Positions 36,420-50,089 of a stretch of 64,000 nucleotides of DNA are shown one piece after another; the first letter of the stretch is position 1; each line of letters begins with the position of its first letter. The notes beneath the pieces were generated by a model, which worked only from the letters and a program-made list of their open reading frames with translations, was not told the DNA's origin and ran no database searches. The stretch is from Amphiscolops sp. MND2022 (lineage: Eukaryota), in the NCBI GenBank assembly GCA_964187785.1, contig OZ076409.1:90584001-90648000 (forward strand). Direction: 5' to 3'. The position numbers and the translations under genes were made by a program.

Positions 36420-37970
36420 TAGGATCGTCGAGGTAAATCACGACAACCTTCTCTATTCAACCATTGCAGAGATAGAGGAATTGTCAGTTTGACAGCGAAT
36501 AGATCCTCTAAGGCATAGCACGGAACTGCGTAGCAAGGGGGAGCTAGTTTGCGTCCTGATGTATCCTATGGCGCCCGAATAGCTGTCTTGCCATTTTTCG
36601 CTGATCTTCGGGGCAAGTCGGGACATAACGTTTGAGGCTGTAGGTCCCGGGCCCCCTGAACACGCGATGACAAAAGCATTGAATGAGCTGTTTTCCACAT
36701 TAAGGACTCTCTATTCGTATCTCAGTTTTTTAAAAAAAATTCATGATATTTATGTTTCCTTTACATCCTTGGGACGGGAATTGGCCAGCGGACTATTGAA
36801 ACCTTTTGACGTCAAAATTCGTTCTCGTGAATCGGGAATCCCAGAGTCCATTTGCTCTGACATCGAGACGAGCTTTCAACTTCAGTGCAAGTTGATTTAT
36901 GTTCAAATGTTTCCCCTTCTAACCTCTGAAGAATCAGCTCCGCCTCGACGTCACAGCAAACGTCTTCCATTATCTTTGCGAACGTATCTCGTTTTTCATC
37001 ATGTCTCATGTGGGTGTAGCCTTTTTTTCCACAGTGTAGGGATTGGGCAACAGTGCAGTGTTCACCACATGGGCAATTGGCAGGTAAGTGCTTTGGCTCC
37101 CAACTGAGCGCAGCGCGAGACAGTCCCCAAATTCAGACTTCGTAAGTGTGAAACCTTACCGTTTCAGTGGGAGGGCTGCTGGATGCAACTGTTTCCGAAA
37201 CAAGTGTAGCTGCGTGTCGTTGTTTGTCATTCAATTTGCCTTTGACTGCTTCAAGTTTCATTTTTTGAATCTCTTGCTTCTGTTCTTTATCATAATTACT
37301 TTCGAGTATTGCTTCCCTTCGGCTGTGGTTAGATCTTCTTCATCTAAAGTAACAGCTTTTTACCACTGCATATCGTTTCTCTTGTCTTCGGGTGAATAGA
37401 TATTCAGCCCACTTTTGCTGAACGGTAGGGAAATAAGAGAACGTTCTGTCACAGACAGCTAGCTACTACCAGTGATGTTGGGGATCAGTTTCGTCGTTGA
37501 GAAAAATTCAGTGTTTTGTAGTGTGTTTTCCATGTCAGGTGTTGTTCATGACAGGAAGGTGAGTTTGTGTTGAACACCGTTTGTAAAAGGATGATAGACT
37601 TCTGTGGTGACTTTTCCTCTTGTGACGCAAGTTTGTTTACAATGCTCGCGTATTCAGTGAGTTTAGAGGACTGGAGAGCGTGACGGGCCCCGGACAATCC
37701 AATAACGGACCACTGTATACGATGTCCCCCCACCAGTTCAACATCGTCGTCTTTAAAGTGGTCTTTTGCTTCTCCCGGGAGTTATCTGTCGTGATGAGGT
37801 GGCATTTAGTGATGTTGTACCCGAATGCAGGACCGTGGAGCTTCAACTTTCCTAAGAGATTTCGAAGCGATTAGTTACTACATTGCCATTGTCAGCATAC
37901 CATTTTTGAAGCACTCCTATTCCGTTCACGAGGTCCATTAACGTTAGAAGCGCAATGCCATACATGGTCA
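36420..37970 (-). pseudogene. 3' fragment of an RLE-type (CRE/NeSL-like) non-LTR retrotransposon
   Basis: HGPAFGYNITKCHLI, RHDEKRDTFA..DVEAE, GYIRTQTS..LLRSSVLCLRGS; homologous to 40960-43520. Confidence 0.75.
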
Positions 37971-38629
37971 ACTGGGATAGTGGTTGGTATGGGGTTCCCT
38001 ACTTTCGTTGCAGACCACGGGTGTGTGTCTTCTCCCCCCAACATGATAATACACATGGCATTTGATGACGAAGATCCATGATATCTGATAGAGATTGAAA
38101 GAACAATTATTAATAAAATGGTGCTACCAAGTGTAAAATCGAATCAAACTGATTCAATGAGGTTTCGTTTGTTTGTTTCTCCAGTGTCTGAGGGTTCTGT
38201 TGAAACTCAATTTGATTCCTAAGCTTGTACTTTTTGTCTGAAGCAAAAAAGTTAGTTACTTCTACCAGAAAGAATGTAATTTCATTTGAAATAAAAAGAT
38301 AATTCTTTTATAAATCAAACTTCTTAATCCAAGCCGGGAACGGCCAAACTCGGCGCCGTTTGTGATGCCCAAAAAGCGCAAAGTTTTTAAAACTGTAAAA
38401 CGGGGAGACCATTTGGGCTTTTAGGAACTCAGGAAAAACGATTGAACACGAAAAGTTGACTTGAACGTTTTCGGTTTTATAGACCATCATAGAATCTAAC
38501 ATTTTACAAATTGCAAAAAGTGTAGGAACTTTATACATAAGAAACACCATTAGGTGGAAAAAAAGTGAAAAAGATATAATAGATAGACAGAAAAATGTTT
38601 ATCAAGTCAAAAGGTTTATTGGAACAATG

Positions 38630-39470
38630 ATAAATTACACTCTCAGTGTGAGATCGCGCGTCTTGTACTCCTCCTTCTGGTTGATGGACAGCGCTCTTCT
38701 GTTTATATGAAGGGCTTCCAGAATGAATAACTTGATGCTGCTGTCGGTTCTGTCGACGACGTTCAAAATTTCGGCATGTTGCATCGTTAGAGGGCAGCTC
38801 CTCAGGTGACTGCCCATATGACTGGCTGGTCTGGCGTGTTCCTGAAGTCTGGTCGTCAAGTGGCTGGTTGCCCGACGTAGCTGGATTGGCACCGAGAACA
38901 AATAATTTGGCAGACGACGTTACTCAGGAATTTTTTCAGCGATGGAAGAGCGGCTTTGAGCTTTCGAAATGTGAAGTTGTTTTAGGCTTTCACTGTTCTT
39001 CGTACCGTCTTCGAGAGTTGATCGCTTTTTTCACCGCGGTATTGAAGAATGAGAGGCGGTTTTTTTCACTTTCACCTAATGATCTTTCCGGATGGCTACT
39101 TGCTTTTCCGTTAAGAATTTTATCTAACGTGTGGCGAAGATTGGTTTGGTAGAATTGAGGTGGATCTTGCTTCTTTTTCCAAGTCTCGGTTGCTCTTTTA
39201 ATGCCTTCAGTGAAGTTTTCCCAGGTCGAGTCGGCATTGGAGACTCTATAGGTTGTGCCCTCAATGATGTTTTTCTTGTACTTGACCAGAGCTAGTGCCC
39301 TGAATTGGAGGATCAGACCTGTCAATGGGTTTCTGGTACCATGAAGTGTCTATTTTCCAATTCAATAATCGCAGTTCCATGTCCAGAAAAGGCATTGAGT
39401 TGTCTTTGTGGGTCTCAATGGCGAACTCTAAGTTTGGGTGTAGGTTGTTGCTGACCTCAAGAATGCGGTC
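38630..39470 (-). pseudogene. Penelope-like element fragment (RT C-terminus + GIY-YIG endonuclease)
   Basis: NNLHPNLEFAIE..MPFLDM..WYQKP; TSHLTTRLQEH..KLFILEALHI..INQKEEY. Confidence 0.8.
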
Positions 39471-40959
39471 AATGTTGGATACTTTGGCACTTCTCAGTTG
39501 CAACTCGTTTGTTGGAAAATACGAAAAATTGAATAGGACTTTTCGGAGACAATGAAAATTGTCGAAGAATGTAGAAGGGGTGCCCCTTTGGGATTTATTT
39601 ACATCCATTCTGTTGCAAACTGTCCAAAAACTGAGAGGGGGCTTTTTGATGCAAGCGAAAGTTTTTCGAGAAGTTTCCGAGCCGAAAAAATCTAAATGAA
39701 GAAAACCGAAATAGGCAAAGGGGATCTTTGGTATGTTTTCGGGATTGTGGACGTCGGTTTTGTTTTTTTTGTTTGTTTTGGACGAGATTTTCAAGTAGTT
39801 CCTCAGTAGTTCAAGTTGTTGAACAAATGAACAAAAACGTGGACCTTACGCGTCTAAAAAAACCCAATCGTAAGAGTCGGGCACTTTTCTTCGAAAGCGG
39901 TGACTAAAAAGATTTATAACAATTGCATTGCAGAAGCGTAACCTGGATATTGCATCTACAAAACTACTCTATGATGCAATTAAGAAGATCCCAGAATTCG
40001 ATGAAAGTTTGATTTATGTTCCAGATATCATTATTCATAAAGTGTATGGATTTGAAAATGGCACTGCAAAGATTTGTAATGGAAAATCACAACCAACTGT
40101 TGTTTTACAAACTGGCGATTTGCTAGTTCTATTTTAATGAAGCACGAGAAACTTCCATATACATCAATTGCGGCTGTTTGATGCCTACATCGAACAATAT
40201 TGAGGAAAGTTTCTGCGATGCTGGTTATATGGATGACTATCTCCGCCCAAACTTGCTTCCGATGAGATTGGAGCAGCAACGTATTTTCTATAAAAATGAG
40301 ACACAAGCACGTCAACGAAAGTGTCAATTCTGTAATGTGATATCAACTAGATACGTTGCCTTTAAAAGAAGTGGTGGTTTCAGATTTAATTCAAACATTC
40401 AGCAGTAGAATGAAAAGTAGCAAATTTGCTTTTCTAATCACAGGAATGTTCCAATTAGGTAATATGTAAAACACGTAAATTAAATCAGTATTTAAATTAT
40501 ACATCGTTTAAAAAATAAAAATTAAATGGCAAATTACATCAAACCTAACAAATAGGCAAAGAAGAATTCAACTATAAGTAGGCGAGTCGCATTGACATTG
40601 AATTAGATATTAGTTAGAAAAACGTATTAGTACAAACTTGGTATAAGAGCTGGCATAGGCTCTGGGTTTATGTGAATCTTTTTCGATGGCGCAAAATAGC
40701 TTTGAATACCAACCCCATCAATATCATCCTTACGGCTACATGAGTCTAATACTTGGTTTCCACTAAGATTTTTGAGCACAATCCTACAAAAAAAGCAACT
40801 CTCAATTCTTCAGTCCGATGCCAGAAAAAAAATTATATCAATTTGATTTTTCTTATTCATGATAGGGTACCCTCTTCAACTACTGTACTAATCGATGATT
40901 CCACTGAGTCATTAGTCTTACGGATTGAACTCAGCCACGAATACAGTTCTCGTGGAAGT

Positions 40960-43520
40960 TATAGGCGTTGTCAATGTTTTTCAGACAGGTTTTTGCGGAG
41001 TGGTTGAAAATTTTAACGTCGAAGTAAGTTTAATTGAAGCGCGATTTCCAGAGTCCATTTGCCTTAATGTCAAGTCGGACATCATCTTCAGTGCTCGTTG
41101 ATTTCTTTTGAAAAGGTTTCCCCTTGTAGAGGCTGAAGAGTCGGCTCGAGATCAACATCGTAACAGATTTCGTCCAATAGTTCCGCGAACCTGTCTTGTA
41201 TTCCATTGTGTCTTACATGTGTGGAGGCACCCTTTCCGCAGTGCATTGCATGGGATACGATGAAGTTTTCACCACAGCCACATTTCGGGGTTAGGTTTCT
41301 GGGCTCCCACCATATCGAAACGCGATACCATCACGAAACTCAGACTCCCTTAAATTGAAATTGTATCGTTTCAATGGAAGTGCATTCATCCAGCTGGAGG
41401 ACCCTTTCTGACATGCTAGTTCAAAAGCGTACAGATGGTTTCCGCTCCTATCATTTCTGATTTCATTCTTTCTATTCTCGATGAAAAGTCTTATCTTTTT
41501 TGATGTTGTTGATTGCAAGCTGTAGACATGTCACCATGTGAAAACGACGCGCAAACTGTCTTTGATCGGCTGTAACTATTAGCACGTTCATCTGGGGACT
41601 TTATATTCAGACCATCATTTTTCACTGGTAGCGCAAAAAAATTGTTCTGTGATTTGAGTCATAAGAGGGGTGCTTGACAAGATTGGATATCAATTCATTC
41701 GCGATGATGTTTTCGGTTTCTTGCAGAACATTGTCGGTCTTGGGTGTTTATCGTGACAGAAATGTCAGTTTGTTGTGTAGAGAATCTGTCGGAGACTTGT
41801 AGACGTTTTGCGGGGAAACTTTAAAGTGATCGGCGAGTTTTCTCAAAAGCGTTGTGTGTTCATGCGTTCTACGAACCTATCACTGACCCTAAGACACGAG
41901 ATCCTTCAACAATCTCAACTTCCATATCGTGAAACGTCTCGACAGCGGAATCAATAATTTCCGGTTTCACAATCAAGTGGCAACTAGTTAGATTGTATCC
42001 AAAAGAGAGATTGTGTTCGAGTAACATTCGCATTAATTGATAAAGATTTGCCAGAGAGCCGACAGCATTTCCGTCATCGGCGTACCATTTCTGTTTCACT
42101 TGATCGTTTGAAACTAATTGTACTAATGGTAGAATCAAAACACCATACATGGCCGTTGCGAGAAGGTCTCCCTGGGTAGTACCCTCCCGAGACTGAAATG
42201 ACATTTTGTCAATATAGAGTTGGGATGGTTAGGAATATGAGTTCATGAGAGAAATATGAAGAGATGATAAAATGTTTCAAATATTATCAAGCGCTAGCTT
42301 CCGATTGAGGACATTGAATGGATGCCATTTTTGGCATCAATCAGCAATATCGCCTCATCATCTGATTTCTCAAATTTTTCTCGAAGTGAATGAATTGCAT
42401 ATTCGATTCCACAGTGCGTGTTTCCACCGATAAGTTCGAGATTAGTCTTGAGACAAAATTTGAGGGTTCCTCCAATAATTCGCCTAAGGACTTCAACAAC
42501 GCCAATTGGCCGCACTCCCGGGTTATTGTTGAGAACAATAAGGAGACACGCGTTGTAGGGTCCACGGAAGGTCCATTGCTATGTTGTGATTCGGATCGTC
42601 AATTGCGCTAGCGTTTTGCATAGATCGCTAGAGTGGTTTTCGAAGGAAGTTAATAGCCGACGCCATTCACAAGAATCCGAACCTGAAGGACCATGACTTC
42701 CTTGAGTTTTTAACGCCAATCGACGAAGGATAACTATTTCAAAATTGGCCAGATGAAAAGGCATTGAAATTTCCGGCACGACTTTTTAAACGTATAGATG
42801 ATTTATCTCCTCCGGTGGAGGATGTTTTCCTTGCAAGATGTCAAGCACTAATTTGTTGCCAATTTTCTGTTGTAGACGTAGAATTCCTCCTTAGATTCTT
42901 CGGAGAGAGATCTCAGCGCTTGGGACAATTACCGGTACACATGTGTTTATCAAATTCTTTGAATTGATCAATTGCTTATTTGGTCGCGGTTTTACTCGAC
43001 CTTTCTTGCAGGGCCTTGGTTTCATCATAAAGGGTATCGAAATCTCATCTGATCCATGAATCGAGCCTTCTGGATATCGTTTCTATGACAAACCCATCGT
43101 TTGTGTCTTTCGTTGTTCCAAGGATCATGTGTGGCATTGCCATTGCAGCGAGGATTGCAAATTCTTTTCGCTTATGAACTTTCACTGTTTGCGACAATAT
43201 TATGCTCATTTTCTCAACGAGTTTGAGCTGTTTTGTTTTGGCTGAGCGTGAAGAAAACGGGTCGCCAGTGGACTATTTGCTGATGGATATTTCGCAATTT
43301 CTCGTGGTGTCGTGAGGTAAAACCAGCGGGAGATAGGTTCTGAGTGGAAGCTGCTTCTGGGCTGGGAGGCAATAGAACCGGTTCAGCGGAGCGTTCAGCT
43401 TGGCAGGTCTTACCTCTGCAGTTTTCATGATGGTATTTGCGACTAGGTACGCCACTGCATCGGATGTGCACGTATCCTGCGCATGTGTAACACCAGATTC
43501 CACCGCCTGGAAGGTGTATT
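40960..43520 (-). pseudogene. Decayed RLE-type (CRE/NeSL-like) non-LTR retrotransposon
   Basis: GSHGPSG..EWRRLL, RPIGVVEVLRRII, LLIDAKN, EGTTQGD..WYADDGNA, SSWMNALP..EFRDGIAFRYG. Confidence 0.85.
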
Positions 43521-44489
43521 TTACAAATTGCAAATTGAGTATTGGGTTTGTTCGGTCATTTCGTTGAAGAGGGTAAATTTCAATTAACGGAACCTTAAAA
43601 TCAAATTGTTAAAAATTGAAGCAAAGATTTGGTTCCCGAAGAAGTTGAAATGAACTCCATCTCCATTTTTATTCAAAACTTTATTCGATATGCGTAAAGA
43701 GGGGACATTAACACAGTAGTAACGTTCAATGGGCTAATCTCATTACATAGAGCTTGTTTTAGGTAGAAGATTTTGTATTGATGTGGGAAAAAACTTTAAG
43801 AGGGGATGATTTTCATGCAAATTATTGATTTGGGACTAAATTTAAAAAATTAGTTACTGAATCAGCAAATTTTTTTTCTGCAAAATCTTCAGGTTGATTC
43901 CTGTGATCATTAAAACCTTCAATTATGGAAACTGTGTTGATTTTCAAAGGAAGATATTGCTGAATCACCTTGATGAGATCGGATATTCTTGCAACTCTAT
44001 AAGAGTGTATTGTCGTGTTGTCTTGATGTACGAACAAACCAGGTTTGTTTTTTTGCGGCAGGGCAGAATTTTTGGCATGAATTTGTTTTCATACATACCT
44101 GTGTTGTCATCGAATGTCCGTTGAGCCCTTTTGTCCATATACCATACAGTGCCGGCCATTGAAATCCCTTACATAGGCTAAGGGCTACCCAGTCCAGTAT
44201 GTCCCGTCTTTGATATCCAACTAATACGTTTATCACAACAATTAGGCTAAGTAAGCTAGGAAGTAGCTTACTATCCACTTAAATAATTGTTGATCATCAG
44301 TTATCATGGATCTTCGTCATCAAGTGCCATGTGTATCATCATGTTGGGGGAAGAAGACCCACACCCGTGATCTGCAACGGAACCCCATACCAGCTACTAT
44401 CCCGGTAGCCCAGTAACAGTAAAAAACCAACAAACTACTCATCCCAGTCAAGATCACAAATTCAAAATCTGGTTTATTGTCCGGTTTCG

Positions 44490-45110
44490 CACACATGATT
44501 TTTAACACTTGTTGATCTGGGTCCAATATCCATCCTAAGCAATACTTCGTGACAATCAATGTCCTCGCAGCTTTGTCGAAAAAATCACCGATTCCACCTT
44601 GTACAAAAACATTGGCGGCAGAGAAATCGTCAAAACAGTCAAACATAGTAACTCACAAACCATAAGCACTCAGCTGATGTTATCAAAAACCTGGCCCTTC
44701 GTCTTTCGCTTTTGCCAAAAATCTGAAAAAGACCTTCGTCACTTTGGGATCTCTCAACGTATATTTTACTACCAGCAAACTCAAATCGCACCATATTGGG
44801 TTGAAAGCTCCTGTTTCAAAACCCTTCCGTAATCACTTGGTTTCTGAAATTAGTTGCTCCACGTGCTGTGGAACCTATGTCGGACAAACAGCCAGACATG
44901 AAGACACACAGTTGCGTGAACATAGGATCAAGAAGTCACCAGTCGGCCAACATTTTTTGCAATGCGGTACCAGCCTTGATTTTGAAAATGTTTGAGTTTT
45001 GGTAACTGAACTGAACTGGCTCTCGAAGCAGTTTTTTTTCGCCGAAGGAAGCCGGCCCTCAACGCGCGAAACGAATTCCGGAGCCACACATTGTTTTGAA
45101 TGCAATATAA
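44490..45110 (+). pseudogene. Penelope-like GIY-YIG fragment
   Basis: YFTTSKLKS..ISCSTCCGTYVGQTARH..LREH..SPVGQHF. Confidence 0.75.
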
Positions 45111-45299
45111 AAGTAGTGGTTAATAATGGTGTTCAATGTTGTGTTTTTTCTGTTAGCCTAATTGTTGTATGTATGTTTCAGATGAATGCTTATCAAATAG
45201 AAACTTCCTGCAAGTAGCAATTAGTGTTTTTCTCACGACAGTTCTTTTTGATAAGCATTCATCTGAAGCATACATACAACAAGTAGGCTAACATACATA

Positions 45300-48200
45300 A
45301 CAAACGACATTTCACCGCAGCGTTTCAACGAGAAATGACAGCCTTTGTGCGCCGGCACAACTTGAAGCGAACGCACCCATACCTTGATGACGTGATCGTC
45401 GGAGGCAGGTCCGAGGAAGAACACCAAGAAAACCTGAAGAACTTCCTGAAAGCGGCCGAGATTTAGGGTCTGACGCTGAACAAAGCCAACTGCGTTTTTG
45501 GCTATAAGACAGTGCCAATGTTTGGTAACTTCGTGGGAGCTGGATCTAAACGCCCTTATCCGAGCCGAATCAAGACTATGATGGATTTCCCTATCCGCGA
45601 AAACTCGTCCAAGTTGAAGCGTCTTCTTGGATTCTTTGCCTACAACGCAAAGTGGGTTGCAGTTTACTCGAATAAGGTTGCTCCTCTACTCACAGCACAG
45701 AATCAACTGGCCGTTCCGCTCAATCAAGCTTCTCGACTGGCTATCGCAACTCTCAAAAAAGAAGTACTCAGTACTTTGGCTTCCGAGGGCAAACGAGCCC
45801 CTCGTTTTTCCAAACAGACGCGTACGGAGCCGGTATCGGAGCGACACACGGTCAGGGCGACAAACCTGTCGGCTTCTTCTCGGGAACTTTGAAACATAGC
45901 GAAATGGCGTACTCGGTTGTGGAACGGGAAGCTATGGCTATCTTGGAAGGCTTTCGCTGTTTCTCGGACCTGCTACGTACGTCACGAGTTTTAGTTCGCA
46001 CCGACCAAAAGAAGCTCTCTTTCATATTTGGACCCAACTCTTCGAGAGTGAAAAATGACAAATTGATTTGCTAGCGCTTGGAAATATCGGAATACAACTT
46101 CGTAATAAATTATCAGAAGAGTTCTCAGAACGTGCCAGCTGACGCCCTGTCTTGATTAGCGACCATACTGCCTAACTGTAAAACCTTACACGAGAGACTT
46201 GCATATCCGGGATTGACGGGATTGTCCGAGTACATTCAAAGACACAAAGTTTCAATCTCGCTAGGTGAAGTAAAAAGAGTTACTGAGAACTGCAAAACGT
46301 GCGCTCTATGAAAACCGCACTTTTGTGGCCGCCCAGCAGCGATCTGATCAATCCTCCGAACCTTGGGAGCAACTATCAATCCACTTTGTTGTCCCTAAAC
46401 CAATGACTCGAAGCAAAAACCAACACCTTCTCCAAGTGGTGGATGAGTTTAGTAGGTTTCCGTTCGCCTTCCCTCTCCGGAGTCATCGGAATTCCAAAAC
46501 TACTGCCGCCAAAATGAAATTGCGACCTCCAAAACTAAGCCCTACCATCCTCAAGGCAATGGCCAAAACGAACCCTACAACGGAATTGTGTGGAAGGCCG
46601 TTCTGTGACTGTTACACTCTGCTAACCGCCCATTCTTTGACTGCAAAAACCAATACCTTCTCACAGTGGTGGATGAGTTTAGTAGGTTTCCGATCACCTT
46701 CCCTCTCCGGAACATTACGTCTAGTAGCGTCAAGAAAAGTCCTTCGGCACTTTTTGCTATCTGCGGAACCCACGTGTTCATTCACTCCTGATAGAGTCAT
46801 TGGAATTCCAAAACTTCGACCACCAAATTGGAATTGCGAGCTCCAAAACTACGCCCTACCATCCTCAAGGCAATGGCCAAAACGAACGCTACAATGGAAT
46901 GGTGTGAAAGGCCGTTCTGTGACTGTTACACTCCGCTAACTGCCCATTCTCTGTCTGAGAAAATGTCCTTCCATCGGCATCCTCGTCGATACAGATACTC
47001 ATCAAAACCGCCACCAAACAGAGTCCGCATGACCGCTTCTTTTGTTTCAAACGCAGTGAGCTGCTGATCCGTCCCTCCAAGAGCGCACCGTGGCTCAAGG
47101 CAGACACACCCGTTTACATCCGGAACTTCGTAAGGGCAAAAGACCAAGCTTCAGTTGTGCCTGTACAGATATCCGAAGTAATCTCCCCTGACCTTGCACG
47201 AGTCTCCTTTGGCAACGGGCGAGTTGACACGGTTTCTACCAGTGACCAGTCTCCACGACCACCGGATGTTGACAACGAAGGAACGATCTCGCAACCAGGC
47301 GATCAGTGCAGAGACAAGGAGTCTAACGTAGACTCCGACATCGGAACCCAGTTTGGGCCACCTGAATCTGTGGAACCAGTAAAGGAATCTCAAGCCAGTC
47401 CGGACTCTCCTGCTCCCACTTTGCGACGCTCGGCAAGGAACAGGAATTCGCCTACATACCTGGGCGATTTTGCGTTGACGACGAACCAGAGACTTTTGAA
47501 GCGGGCAGGAGTGTTATGAATGTAATATTTATGTAGTTATTAAAACTGGTATGTTATGTCGTTGTATATTTATGTTAGCCTAATTGTATGTATGCTTCAG
47601 ATGAATGCTCATCAAATAAAAGTTTCCTGCAAGTAATGTTTTCCCTGGGTGGCTGTAATTAGGTTGATTTTTTCTGGTCGAAAGGACAGAGGTCGAACCT
47701 TTTGATCGAATTGCAGGGATCGAAAGGAATGCGGTCGAATTTGATCTAAGCCTTCAGGTCGAAAACGGTTCTTTGTTTGCCTTCGATTGACTATCATAAT
47801 GTGGGGCATATGCTGTGTATGCACGCTTGCCCTTACCGTCACAAAGACCAGCTCCCACTACGATCGCTTCGCGATCTCCGTTAGCGCTAGGTCTTTGCTC
47901 TTGTTCGACCTCGCTTAGCAAGATGGGAACATAAGCGGCCCCAAGGTGCCGCGGGGGACTAGTGAAACGGGGACATATCCGAGACACGTTTTATACTTTT
48001 TCCAGAAAATTCTATATGCGGCACTTCGATTTGTTTCCCAAAAAGCAAAAGTTTGATCCGAGTTGTTTCGATCGGGTCAGATACATTTCTTCATCAGCCA
48101 TTTGGGCGACAATATGGCGTCGGTCACATGGGCGACAAAAGTGTCAACCAAATGGGTTCATCAAATTGATCAATTAACTGATAGATTTAGAGAAGTTAGC

Positions 48201-48522
48201 ATATTTGTTGTATGGCTCGGTCGCATCGCTCCCTTCGCCAAGTAGCAACATTGAGGCATGGCCGAATGGCACGTCGCTCCGCTTCGCTTCGCTCCTGCAT
48301 TTAGGGCACAAGGGGTAGGTGAACATATTTGACGGGACATTTGGGCGACATTTTTGTCGCCGAAATGGGCAGAAATTTTTGTCGCCCAAATGGCTGGTGA
48401 CGAAATGTTCCTGCCCGTTTCCATCCCATTCAAAACTTCGGTATGTCGACACGAGGACTAACTCTGATTTTCGATCCCGTTCCTTCGAGCTACTTCCGTC
48501 CACCCGTTTTCCCTCACGACAC
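45300..48522 (+). mobile_element. Decayed Gypsy 3' half (RT end, RNase H, integrase, PPT, short LTR split by a MITE), copy A
   Basis: YSVVEREAMAI..RTDQK, PWEQLSI..VDEFSRFPFAFPL, LRRSARNRNSPTYL; purine tract then LTR tgttatgaat...cacgaca. Confidence 0.85.
47647..48505. mobile_element. Mutator-like non-autonomous element
   Basis: 9-bp TSD GTTTTCCCT (47638-47646, 48506-48514); termini gggtgg...ccaccc; interrupts the Gypsy LTR. Confidence 0.8.
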
Positions 48523-48535
48523 ACTGAATTGTGTG

Positions 48536-49060
48536 GGTTAGGGACAATTTGCTGGAAGACATTTGCCGAAACCCAATTTGCCAAATGTGAAGGACAATAT
48601 GCCGATTTTTTTTCGGCAAATTGTCCCTTCGACTTTCCGAATTTTGTAGGGACAATTTGCCGAATGTTTTCAAATAACAATGTTTTTGGCCGTCGCAGAT
48701 GCCCCCATTACCTCTAGTGCTCTGCGGCCCCGTGGGACCGCTTATGTTCCCATCTTGCTAAGCGAGGTCCAACAGGAGCAAAGACCTAGCGGCAATGGCG
48801 ACCGCGAAACGATCGTAGTTGGGGCTGGTTTTTGCGGTGGTGAGGGCGAGCGTGCATACACCGTATATGACCCCATATTAGGTGAGGAGAAGTATCTAAT
48901 CTATTTTAAACGCTTCGCAGGCGCAAAAACCGGGACAATTTGCCGAAACACAAATTGCTGAAACCCAATCTGCCGAAAATTATTCGACAAATTGTCCCCG
49001 AGTGAATTTTCGGCAAATTGTCTTTCGGCAAATTGTCTTTCGGCAAAGTTTCCCGTATCC
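48536..49060. mobile_element. Mutator-like non-autonomous element (second subtype)
   Basis: 9-bp TSD aattgtgtg/aattatgtg; imperfect TIRs ggttagggacaatttgc...gcaaagtttcccgtatcc; the empty site is visible at ~57007. Confidence 0.75.
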
Positions 49061-49411
49061 AATTATGTGTTCTGGTATGGCACATATGTCCTGAAGATCT
49101 TATATATCCTAAACATCTTCTACCCAAAGAAACTCCACAATAAAGAACTATACAAATTCACAAATAGCCAACCCTTCTCCGAATCTGTGAGATTCTATCG
49201 AAAATGTCACCTTGGTCATCTACTCAGGAGAGAAAAAACCTTCAAGACATTCTCAGATTTGTAGAGACATTGCGCAAAAGAAAAAGAGGACCCGCCCTCC
49301 AACTATCCTGAAAACTTACCGAAACGACCTTGAAACAGACAATTGGCTAAAACTCGAAGATCTGGCTTTTGCGAGGACGATATAGCTATCGGATAATCTC
49401 GTACTACGACT

Positions 49412-49745
49412 ACTAGTGTGGCAGTTGACTGTCCTGTTAATCACTCAGTTTCTGTTTCTTTAACTAAAAGTTGTATCTATTATTTTTTTTGTAGATACGT
49501 TGAATGATTGAAAATGAATGATGACATTCGAAAAGCTCAATGAAACATTTTTATATTCCTGAACTATCACTTAAATTGTTCAACTATCAGATATCATGGA
49601 TCTTCGTCATCAATCAAGTGCCATGTTTATCATCATGTTGGGGAAAAAAGACACACACCCGTGGTCTGCAACGAACGTTGGGAACCCCATACCAGCCACT
49701 ATCCCACTAGACCAGTAACAAAACAAACAACCAACAAACTATTCA
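49412..49745 (+). repeat. Dispersed ~330-bp non-coding repeat; other copies at 57020-57355, partial 44290-44450, reverse 37970-38090
   Basis: Shared core gatatcatggatcttcgtcatca..gtgccatg..cacacccgtggtctgcaacga..ggaaccccatacca..actatccc. Confidence 0.8.
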
Positions 49746-50089
49746 TACATCCTAATTGTTGTGATGGACTTGTTGAATAGCTTCAAAGATGACTATGATT
49801 TGAATGTGAGACAACTGGACAACATCTCGGACTCTGTTTTGTTGGTTTGTCGCAGCACTTGGGCTGAAGGAACATCACACCCCGGTGAAATAATTCCAAT
49901 TATATAATTTAATTCAATTTTTTTAAGAAGTCTCAGACTTTCAATTTTGGATGCTTTTAGAAACCCCCAGCCCGGCTTTTTCTTGTTTGTCCATTTTCTC
50001 GTTTTTAATTGTTCGGTCTCCCCTTTCAATATGAGCATTGTATCACGAGTCGTGTGCAGTGCATGAAGCCATAAATCGGTGGCTCTGAA

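Noticed and set aside
39920..40410. Possible hAT transposase C-terminal fragment
   Set aside because: Too degraded to support by eye
44290..44350. Hammerhead ribozyme near Penelope fragments
   Set aside because: ctgatga-like words are present on the minus strand, but I could not build the GAAA core with three stems
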